Origin: Vulcanimicrobiaceae bacterium
GTDB taxonomy: Bacteria; Vulcanimicrobiota; Vulcanimicrobiia; Vulcanimicrobiales; Vulcanimicrobiaceae
Direction of reading: 5' to 3'
Assembly: GCA_046262595.1 (NCBI GenBank)
Contig: JBHEMM010000001.1
Span: 53,999-79,852, forward strand
DNA: 25,854 nt
The notes beneath the pieces are model-generated. The model did no database searches. It was not told the DNA's origin and saw only the letters and a program-made list of their open reading frames with translations. Made by a program: the position numbers and the translations under genes. This document shows positions 17,296 to 24,716 of this stretch, one piece after another (the first letter of the stretch is position 1; each line of letters begins with the position of its first letter).

Positions 17296-18715
17296 CGGCG
17301 CCGGCCGCAAGAACGGCGGCGCTCTGCAGCGCAGGCTGCAGATACCACGACTGCGCGCTTGACGTCACGATCACCGACACGGCGAACCACAGCGAGAAAA
17401 GCATGATCGAGCAGCCGGTGAGGATCTGAGCGAGCCGGTTACGCGCAATGGCGGATGTATTTTGCGCATACAACGCCGGAGCGCAGTGCGGGAACAGCAG
17501 CATCGCCAGGCCCATGAGGAAAAAGACGATCATCACCGAAAGCACGCGCGCGCTCACGCCGAACACGTACCCTCCGAAGGCGACCGATTCCACCAAGCTG
17601 AGCGAGCCTAAAAGAGCGCTGAGTGTCAGCGCGAGCACGGGCGTCTCGTAGCGCGCGTGCGTGCGCGAAAAAATGCCGTGAATGAATCCGTCGCTGCTCC
17701 AAGCGTACAGCCAGCGCGACTGCGCGAGAAAATACGGAAGAAACGTTTTCACGACGATGACCGCGACGAACAGGTTCATCAGCGACGCGAGCCATCGCGG
17801 CATCACGAGGCCGAGCAGTCCGGTCGCGGTGGTGTACGCCGTTTGCTTCATCGCGGCAAGACCGGCGACGATCTGCCACGGCACCGCATGGTAAACGGCG
17901 AACGTGAACGCCGTGTAGGTCGCCGTGACGATCGCAACCGCGATTACGACGCCGGTGGCGAGCGAGCGCTGCGCGTTGACCGCTTCGCCTCCCGTTTGCG
18001 TCGCGGTAGACAGGCCGAGATACCCGAAAAACAGCAGCGGCAGCGCTTTCCAAAACGCGATACCCGCATCTGCGTGGCGCACGGGCGCAGCGGCAAGAAC
18101 GTTTGCGGCCTGCACGTGCAAGCGCGCGCTCAGCGCGGCTTCGAACTGCGTGGGCGTCGTCGCAAAACCCGTAACGATGACCGCGGCGGCGACCGCGACG
18201 ACGAAACACATGGCGCTCACCGTAAGCAGCCCCGCGATCCGCACGCCGCGCACGTGGATTAGCCAGACACCCCAAATCATGATCAGTCCGGCGATCAGCG
18301 TGCCGTCATTCGAGCTCAGAAACTGCGCCTGCGCGTTCCACCCGATGGAACTGCACGCATTCGAAAGAAATTTCGGTGCGGTGTACGCGAGCGCGCCCAT
18401 GCCGGCGGTGACGCCGAACCAGGCGAGAAACGTCGCTAAAAAGCCGGCCGCCGGATGCAGCGCGCGTGAAACGATCACATACTCGCCGCCCGCACCGATT
18501 AAACCCGACGCAAAGAAATAGCGGTATGCCACGACGGTCAAGAACGTGAGCGCGCCGCCCGCAAGCATGAGCCACGGCACGAGATCGCCGGCGCCCGGTA
18601 CCGTCCCTTGAATCTGCGTTGAAACGAAGAATAAACCGGCGGCAATCTCGTTCGTTACGCCGAACGCGACGACCGACCACGGCCCGAGCGCTTTGCGCAG
18701 ACCGCCGGCTTGCAA
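17252..18715 (-). CDS. APC family amino acid/polyamine permease
   Basis: LRKALG N-terminus, AGG.Y...SR, SRWLYAWS.DG and F.R.H.RY.TP; about 12 TM helices; TTG start. Confidence 0.85.
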   Translation of the reverse strand: MQAGGLRKALGPWSVVAFGVTNEIAAGLFFVSTQIQGTVPGAGDLVPWLMLAGGALTFLTVVAYRYFFASGLIGAGGEYVIVSRALHPAAGFLATFLAWFGVTAGMGALAYTAPKFLSNACSSIGWNAQAQFLSSNDGTLIAGLIMIWGVWLIHVRGVRIAGLLTVSAMCFVVAVAAAVIVTGFATTPTQFEAALSARLHVQAANVLAAAPVRHADAGIAFWKALPLLFFGYLGLSTATQTGGEAVNAQRSLATGVVIAVAIVTATYTAFTFAVYHAVPWQIVAGLAAMKQTAYTTATGLLGLVMPRWLASLMNLFVAVIVVKTFLPYFLAQSRWLYAWSSDGFIHGIFSRTHARYETPVLALTLSALLGSLSLVESVAFGGYVFGVSARVLSVMIVFFLMGLAMLLFPHCAPALYAQNTSAIARNRLAQILTGCSIMLFSLWFAVSVIVTSSAQSWYLQPALQSAAVLAAGAVIYARSVRRRSVPA

Positions 18716-18718
18716 TTC

Positions 18719-19084
18719 CTAGTACCGGCGCATGCTGCGGCGCATCGCATGCAGTTCCGCAAGCGTGCCGCACTTCAAATCGAGCTCGTAGTAGTAACCG
18801 TCCTGGCGCCACGCCAGCGCTGCATCGGTACAATACGCAGAAATGCGGAACGGCCGGTAGCCTATCGGCAGCGGCGTCCGCGAGCCGATCGCGTGCGCGT
18901 AACTGCAGACATGCGCACCGTTGCAATCCGGCACGGCGGCGAAATCGACGCTGTAGTAGCTCGCGCGTTTTTCCTCGACTATCGCATACGTACGGTGCAC
19001 GTCAACGTAAGGAAGAAACTGCGGCAACTGCACCGCAACGTGCGTGGCGGCTTTCAAAGCCAGCGCCGCGGCCAGCCAGTACAC
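18719..19084 (-). CDS. Small hypothetical, probably exported protein with 4 Cys
   Basis: GTG at 19084 overlaps the SDR stop (TAGTG). MYWLAAALALKAA...PDCNGAHVCSY...AYC...WRQDGYYY...KC. Ends 3 nt before the permease start. Confidence 0.65.
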   Translation of the reverse strand: MYWLAAALALKAATHVAVQLPQFLPYVDVHRTYAIVEEKRASYYSVDFAAVPDCNGAHVCSYAHAIGSRTPLPIGYRPFRISAYCTDAALAWRQDGYYYELDLKCGTLAELHAMRRSMRRY

Positions 19085-19848
19085 TATTTCGGCGCCATGC
19101 GGATCGCCCCGTCCAGGCGGATCACTTCGCCGTTGAGCATTTGGTTCTCGACGATGTGACGCGCGAGCCGCGCGTATTCGGCCGGGTCGCCCAGGCGCGA
19201 GGGGAAGGGCACCTGCTTGCCCAGCGATTCGCGCGCGGCTTCCGGCAAACCGGCAAGCATGGGCGTATCGAAAATGCCCGGCGCGATGCTCATGACGCGA
19301 ATCTGGTGCTGTGCGAACTCGCGCGCGGCGGGAAGCGTAAGCGCTGCGATTCCGCCTTTTGAGGCGGCGTAAGCCGCTTGTCCGATCTGCCCGTCGAATG
19401 CGGCAACCGAAGCGGTGCACACGATGACGCCGCGGTCTTCACCGGCAGCGGCTTCCTGCTTGAGCATCTGCGCCGCAGCTAGGCGCATTACGTTGAACGT
19501 GCCGGTGAGGTTCACCGCGATCACTTTTGCGAAATGTTCGAGCGGCTGCGGTCCTTCGCGCCCGATGATGCGCTCGGCGGTTGCGATGCCGGCGCAGTTC
19601 ACTGCGCCATGCAGCGCGCCGAATGCTTCGAGCGCCGAGTCGACCGCAGCTTGCACTTGCGCGCCGTCGGACACGTCGGTCTTCGCAAAGCGCACGCGCG
19701 CGGCGATCGCCTGCACGGGCGCTTCGCGGGGTTCGTTCACGTCGCAGATAACTGCGTTTGCACCCGCTTGCCCGAACTCCCGGACGACCGCGGCGCCCAA
19801 GCCCGACGCGCCTCCCGTAACCAGAAACGTTTTGCCTGAAAGCTGCAC
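19084..19848 (-). CDS. 3-hydroxyacyl-CoA dehydrogenase, HSD10-like SDR
   Basis: Motifs [44 protein letters not shown] and [13 protein letters not shown]. Confidence 0.95.
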   Translation of the reverse strand: MQLSGKTFLVTGGASGLGAAVVREFGQAGANAVICDVNEPREAPVQAIAARVRFAKTDVSDGAQVQAAVDSALEAFGALHGAVNCAGIATAERIIGREGPQPLEHFAKVIAVNLTGTFNVMRLAAAQMLKQEAAAGEDRGVIVCTASVAAFDGQIGQAAYAASKGGIAALTLPAAREFAQHQIRVMSIAPGIFDTPMLAGLPEAARESLGKQVPFPSRLGDPAEYARLARHIVENQMLNGEVIRLDGAIRMAPK

Positions 19849-19971
19849 GGCTGGAAGTCCTTTCGATAAACGGTGGCGTTGGCTTCCGCCGCGGGCGGGC
19901 GCGCGCCTTTTGCGTCATTGCACGGCAGCCATCGGCACGTCATGCACTGCCGCAAGACGCTCCCCGTGCGC

Positions 19972-20135
19972 ATTGCCCGCGACGACCGCTGCGTACAGTC
20001 GGGGCGGCGGATTCCAGCGGATCCACCCTGCGGTGGCTCCACTTTGAGCACCGGCCAGCCGCCGCAGGCGAGCCCGCGCGCCGCGAGCGGCCCGGCGATG
20101 TTCGTCGCCAGCGCAACGACGTCCACGTCAGGCAT
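19972..20135 (-). pseudogene. Frameshifted, truncated CaiB/BaiF (family III) CoA-transferase remnant
   Basis: ATG 20135 gives [37 protein letters not shown]; skipping 1 nt near 20024 gives DPLESAAP; another shift near 19996 gives YAAVVAG. Matches the family N-terminus VV.L....PGP.A...LA..GA.V.KVEPP.GDP. Confidence 0.7.
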
Positions 20136-20151
20136 TCCGCGCGTTTTTACC

Positions 20152-20180
20152 TTGCGCGAAACGGGGGCCTGTAGTACAAT
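20152..20180 (+). promoter_or_regulatory. Sigma70-type promoter of rpsO
   Basis: TTGCGC (20152-20157), 17-nt spacer, TACAAT (20175-20180). Confidence 0.7.
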
Positions 20181-20183
20181 CCT

Positions 20184-20220
20184 GCAGTCGCCGGAGCGGC
20201 TTCCAAGCTGCATCCGCTGC
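20184..20220 (+). promoter_or_regulatory. Structured rpsO 5' leader (candidate S15 autoregulatory element)
   Basis: GCAG/CTGC closes CGGA-GCGGCT-(TCCA)-AGCTGC-A-TCCG; lies between the promoter and SD GAGGAG (20237-20242). Confidence 0.5.
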
Positions 20221-20251
20221 GAGCCCATCCTTGAACGAGGAGTCTGCACCC

Positions 20252-20521
20252 GTGCCCCTGAGCAAAGAACAAAAGGCCGACATCGCCGTGAAGTACGGCC
20301 AGTCCTCGAACGACACGGGGTCCGCCGACGTGCAGATTGCGATTCTCACGGCGTCCATTAATCAGCTCACCGAGCATCTGAAGGTCCACAAGAAAGATCA
20401 CCACAGCCGCCGCGGCCTGCTCTTGCAGGTGGGCCAGCGCCGCCGTTTGCTCAACTATCTTCAGAACAAAGATTTGGACCGCTACCGCAAACTGATCGCC
20501 GACCTAGGGCTGCGCCGCTAA
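20252..20521 (+). CDS. rpsO: 30S ribosomal protein S15
   Basis: GTG start, 89 aa; motifs [25 protein letters not shown] and LGLRR. Confidence 0.98.
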   Translation: MPLSKEQKADIAVKYGQSSNDTGSADVQIAILTASINQLTEHLKVHKKDHHSRRGLLLQVGQRRRLLNYLQNKDLDRYRKLIADLGLRR

Positions 20522-20527
20522 GTATAC

Positions 20528-20585
20528 CGAGCAGGGTTGGGCCTTTGGACCTAACCTCCCAGGAATGGGAGGCCCTGCATGCTCG
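20528..20585 (+). other. Predicted three-way-junction RNA structure downstream of rpsO
   Basis: P1 GCAGGG/CCCTGC; P2 TTGGGCC-TTT-GG(A)CCTAA; P3 CCTCCCA-GGAA-TGGGAGG; no unpaired junction bases. Confidence 0.5.
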
Positions 20586-20645
20586 CTCGTCTACTACGCT
20601 ACCATACTGGTACAAGCCGCTACCACGGAAAGGAGCAGGCGCAGT

Positions 20646-20924
20646 ATGGTACGTTCTCTGCCGCAACGCAGCGCTAATCTCACGATTGAGAAGACGGCGC
20701 ATCGAGTCATCGTCACGGATAACAACCGCGATTACGTCCACGTTCTCAACGATCGCGCAGCGACGGTTTTAGAACAGTGCGACGGCACGCATACCTGCAA
20801 TCAGATTGCGCAGATCGTTGCCGGACAAACGCACGTTCCGTACGAGCGCATTGCGAGCGAGGTCGCTCACCTGGTCGCTTCGTTTGCCGATCTTGCCCTT
20901 ATCGAAAGCGCTGTTCCGAACTAA
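20646..20924 (+). CDS. Stand-alone PqqD family / RiPP recognition element (RRE) protein
   Basis: SD AAGGAG; 92 aa; VIV.D.....VHVLN..A..V...CDG..T...IA pattern and C-terminal V...V..F....LI helix are typical of the PqqD fold. Confidence 0.8.
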   Translation: MVRSLPQRSANLTIEKTAHRVIVTDNNRDYVHVLNDRAATVLEQCDGTHTCNQIAQIVAGQTHVPYERIASEVAHLVASFADLALIESAVPN

Positions 20925-20966
20925 TCGCCTCGCGAGGAAATCCGCTTCGTGAACGCCCGCGTTTCG

Positions 20967-21968
20967 TTAAACGCGTGATTCGGTATTGCCGCGCCGGATC
21001 TTACGGGATCCCGCGCGGCGCGCCGCCGCTTTAATAGCTGCCGTTCCCATCCCGTAGTGCTCGATCAATTCCGCCGGATCGCCTGATTGCCCGAACTGGT
21101 CGCGCACGCCGACGAATTCGATAGGGACGGGGTAGCGCTGCGCCAAGATCTCGGCAACGCGGGAACCCATGCCCGCATGCACTTGATGTTCTTCAACGGT
21201 CACGACGGCGCCGCACTGCCGCGCGGCATCGAGCACCGCCGCTTCGTCCATCGGTTTGACGGTGTGATTGTTCACGACCATGCACTCGATGCCGTCGGCG
21301 GCGAGCTGCGCCGCTGCCATCAACGCGTTATATACCAGAATGCCGCAAGCGAGAATTGCGACATCTTTTCCCTCGCGCATGGTTTGCGCTTTTCCGATCG
21401 CGAACGGCGTGTCGGCTGTGGTGACCACGGGCGATTTTTCGCGTGCGAAGCGCAGATATGCCGGGCCCTGCAGCGCCGTGAGCGCAAGCGTTGCTTTTTT
21501 CGTTTGTACGGAGTCGCACGGAACGACGACGGTCATGTGCGGAATCACGCGCATGATCGCGATATCTTCGATGGCTTGGTGCGTCGCGCCGTCGGGGCCG
21601 ACCGAAACGCCGGCATGCGCCCCGGCAATCTTGACGTTTGTTTCGTTGAGCGCCATGACGGTACGCACTTGCTCCCACGAACGCCCGGGATTGAACATCG
21701 CGTAGCTGGCGATCCATGGGATTTTCCCGGTGGCGGCCAGACCGCCGGCCATCGCCACGAGCAGCTGTTCGGAAACGCCGATCTCGATGTACTGCTGCGG
21801 GCACGCTTCTTTGAAGCCGAGCATGCGCGTGGATTCGGCCAGGTCCGCGCAGATCGCGATCACGTTCTTGTCGGCTTTTCCCGCTTCGATCAGGCCCTCG
21901 CCGAAGCCGTTGCGCGTCGGTACCTGCTGCAGAGTTTTCGGGTCGTCGATTTGCGCCAAGCTAAGCAC
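20967..21968 (-). CDS. Transketolase, C-terminal (pyrimidine-binding) subunit
   Basis: GTG at 21968 with SD GAGGAG; motifs TRNGFG, ADLAEST, IGVSEQ, GVSVGPDGATHQAIED, GPAYLRF.R, EEHQ and DQFGQSG. Confidence 0.93.
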   Translation of the reverse strand: MLSLAQIDDPKTLQQVPTRNGFGEGLIEAGKADKNVIAICADLAESTRMLGFKEACPQQYIEIGVSEQLLVAMAGGLAATGKIPWIASYAMFNPGRSWEQVRTVMALNETNVKIAGAHAGVSVGPDGATHQAIEDIAIMRVIPHMTVVVPCDSVQTKKATLALTALQGPAYLRFAREKSPVVTTADTPFAIGKAQTMREGKDVAILACGILVYNALMAAAQLAADGIECMVVNNHTVKPMDEAAVLDAARQCGAVVTVEEHQVHAGMGSRVAEILAQRYPVPIEFVGVRDQFGQSGDPAELIEHYGMGTAAIKAAARRAGSRKIRRGNTESRV

Positions 21969-22809
21969 CGGCGGCGATCTCCTCACGTGCGCCTTCCAAC
22001 TCACGCAGCGCTTCGGCCGCTTGATCGTTGTTCGGCGGCTTTCCGTGCCACGTATAATCGCCTTCCATGTAAGAGACACCCTTGCCAGGGACTGTGCTGG
22101 CGATAATGACGCTGGGCTTCTCCGCCGATGCTTGCGCCTTTTCGACCGCGGCGATGAAATCGGCGATGTCGTTCCCATCGCATTCAAGCACGTTCCAATT
22201 GAACGCGCGGTATTTATCGGCGAGCGGTTCGAGCGGCATGATGTCTTCCGTGCTGCCGTCGATCTGGATGAAGTTGCGGTCCACGATAGTGATGAGATTG
22301 TTCAACTTGAACTTGGCGGCCGTCAAAACGGCTTCCCAATGCAATCCGCATTGATGCTCCGCATCCGAGGTGACGACGCAGACGCGCCACGCAGCGCCGT
22401 CCATCTTCGCGCCGAGCGCCATCCCCGTGCCCTGCGCCAAGCCTTCGCCCAGCGGCCCGCTCGTCGTCTCCAGCGCCGGAAGGCGTACGCGTTCGGGATG
22501 CCCCTGCAGCCGCGTCCCGAATTTGCGCAGCGTGAGCAGCTCTTCCACGGGAAAATACCCCGCATACGCCATCGCGCTGTACCGCACGGGTGCGATATGG
22601 CCGCACGAGAGCAGCAAGCGGTCGCGCTCGGGCCACTGGGGATTGGCCGGATCGTGCTTCATGACGTGCTGATAAAGCGCCGTGAAGATGTCCGCCATAT
22701 CGAGCGAGCCGGCGGAGTGACCCGAACCAGCGGCGAGCAGCGCGCGAATGATGCCTTGACGGCATAGATTCGCCTGCTCCTGCAGTTGCGTCAGGCGCCC
22801 GGATGTCAG
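21961..22809 (-). CDS. Transketolase, N-terminal (TPP-binding) subunit; start uncertain (CTG 22809 or GTG 22866)
   Basis: Motifs GSGHSAGSL, RDRLLLSCGH..P, RLQGHP, TSGPLGEG, CDGND and GKGVSYME....WHG. Confidence 0.9.
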   Translation of the reverse strand: MTSGRLTQLQEQANLCRQGIIRALLAAGSGHSAGSLDMADIFTALYQHVMKHDPANPQWPERDRLLLSCGHIAPVRYSAMAYAGYFPVEELLTLRKFGTRLQGHPERVRLPALETTSGPLGEGLAQGTGMALGAKMDGAAWRVCVVTSDAEHQCGLHWEAVLTAAKFKLNNLITIVDRNFIQIDGSTEDIMPLEPLADKYRAFNWNVLECDGNDIADFIAAVEKAQASAEKPSVIIASTVPGKGVSYMEGDYTWHGKPPNNDQAAEALRELEGAREEIAAGA

Positions 22810-22918
22810 AGTCTGCCTTAATACGCCTGCGAACCGCCCACGTTTGCAAAACCCGAATCCGAACACGATATTGAGCGACGCGATCCGATGACACGCACGC
22901 TCGGCTTGCGTTTTCCGC

Positions 22919-24613
22919 CTAATATCCCGCCGCGGATCCGGACGGCCGGCGCCGGTCCGTGCCGCCGTACAAAACGCCGCTCAGCGGATCCGCGACGATC
23001 GCCTGCGCCGAACCCCACTGCGCGATAGGTGTAAGCGTGTAGCCCATGGCGCGCAGCTCGTCGGCAGTCTGAGCGGAGAATGCGCCCGGCTCGTACTGCA
23101 GTTGATCGGGCAGCCATTGCATGTGCGTGCGCGGCGCGTCGACTGCCTGCTGCGCGTTCATGCCGTAATCCACGACGTTGAGAATCGTCGAAAGCGTGAT
23201 CGTGGGAATACGCGAGCCGCCCGGGCTTCCCGTTACCATGAACAGTTTTCCGTTCTTCGTAACGATCGTCGGCGACATCGAGGAGAGCGGGCGCTTTCCG
23301 GGACGGATGTCGTTGCGCTCGCCCTGCACTAGTCCGTACATGTTCGGCACGCCGGGCTTGCTCGTAAAGTCGTCCATCTCGTCGTTCAAAAAAAATCCGG
23401 TATCGCCCGCAATGACGTGCGCGCCGAACCAATCGTTGATCGTATATGTTACGGCTGCCGCATTGCCGAAGCGGTCGACAATCGAGAAGTGCGTCGTCTG
23501 TTCGTGTTCGTGTGCGAGCGGGCCCAGACCCGGCTTCACCTGCACCGAAGGCGTTGCCTTTTGCAGATCGATCTGCGCTGCAAGCGCGCGCGCGTACGTC
23601 GTATCGAGCAGTTGCGCGACCGGATTTGCGACGAACGCGGGATCGCCCAAATACGCGTTGCGATCGGCATACGCTCGGCGCTCCGCCTCGGTGATGTCAT
23701 GAATCGCCGCGGCGGAGTCGCGCGCCCGGCCGGCCATTGGAAGATTCGCGAGGATGTTCAGAATTTCGCACATCGTGACGCCGCCTGAACTGGGCGGCGG
23801 CACAGATATGATGCCGTAGCCGTGATAAGAGCAGTGCACCGGTGCCGACTCGCGAACGGTGTACGCCTTGAAGTCGTCCATCGCGAGCATGCCTCCGTGA
23901 CGATACGACGCGCTCACAACAGCCCGCGCGATGGGTCCCTCGTAGAATGCGCGCGTGCCGCCCGCGGCAATGGCGCGCAACGTTTGCGCGAGCTGCGGCT
24001 GCACGAGCCGGTCGCCCGCGCGCGGCGTGTGCCCGTTCTTCATGAAAATGGCGCGCACGTTCGGCTGATTCGCGAAGTCGGCGCCCGCGAACGGTATCGT
24101 ATCGCCCGGCGAGAATGTAAAGCCGCGTGCGGCCAGGGCGATGGCCGGCTGCAGTAAGCGCGAGCGCGAAAACGTCCCGAACTCCGTGCGCGCGCGTTCC
24201 ATTCCCATCACGGTTCCCGGAACGCCCGAGGCAAGGTAGCCCACCGTGCCGGCGCCGGGAATGACATTGCCGTTTTTGTCCAGGAACATCTGCGGATTGG
24301 CGCGCAGTGGGGCGGTTTCGCGAAAATCGATGAAGTGTTGGCGGCCGCCATGCATGCGCACGAGCATGAAGCCGCCGCCGCCGATATTGCCGCAGCACGG
24401 GTCCACGACCGCCAAAGCGTACGCGACGGCGACGGCCGCGTCGACGGCATTGCCGCCGGCGCGCAGGACGTTCAGTCCCGCTTGCGTGGCGTAGTGCTCT
24501 TCGGTCACGACCATCGCATGGCGGGCGGGCGCGGGGTTGGCGCGCACCTGCGCCGGAGCGGCGGCCGGGCAGGCGAGCGTGAGGGCAACGAGCACAAGCA
24601 GCGACGGTCTCAT
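22919..24613 (-). CDS. ggt: Gamma-glutamyltransferase
   Basis: ATG 24613 with signal peptide; motifs GGNAVDAAVA, IDFRETAP, PPPSSGG, nucleophile TTHFSIVD, LNDEMDDF, PGKRPLSSMSP and GSPGGSRI. Confidence 0.96.
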   Translation of the reverse strand: MRPSLLVLVALTLACPAAAPAQVRANPAPARHAMVVTEEHYATQAGLNVLRAGGNAVDAAVAVAYALAVVDPCCGNIGGGGFMLVRMHGGRQHFIDFRETAPLRANPQMFLDKNGNVIPGAGTVGYLASGVPGTVMGMERARTEFGTFSRSRLLQPAIALAARGFTFSPGDTIPFAGADFANQPNVRAIFMKNGHTPRAGDRLVQPQLAQTLRAIAAGGTRAFYEGPIARAVVSASYRHGGMLAMDDFKAYTVRESAPVHCSYHGYGIISVPPPSSGGVTMCEILNILANLPMAGRARDSAAAIHDITEAERRAYADRNAYLGDPAFVANPVAQLLDTTYARALAAQIDLQKATPSVQVKPGLGPLAHEHEQTTHFSIVDRFGNAAAVTYTINDWFGAHVIAGDTGFFLNDEMDDFTSKPGVPNMYGLVQGERNDIRPGKRPLSSMSPTIVTKNGKLFMVTGSPGGSRIPTITLSTILNVVDYGMNAQQAVDAPRTHMQWLPDQLQYEPGAFSAQTADELRAMGYTLTPIAQWGSAQAIVADPLSGVLYGGTDRRRPSGSAAGY

Positions 24614-24716
24614 CGCAGGTCCTTTTGACGCCTTCAAGGGCATCCCCGGCAGATCCCCGAAACCCGGCCCCTTCATAACAACACAACAAAAAATCGAAGA
24701 ATCTAGGAGAACCCCC

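Noticed and set aside
20579..20924. PQQ biosynthesis locus
   Set aside because: No pqqB/C/E in the window, and the ExxxY in the small ORF can be explained by the overlapping SD and start codon.
20958..20975. Hairpin CGCGTTT-CGTT-AAACGCG between pqqD and transketolase
   Set aside because: Could be a weak bidirectional terminator, but it has no U-tract and overlaps the transketolase stop codon.
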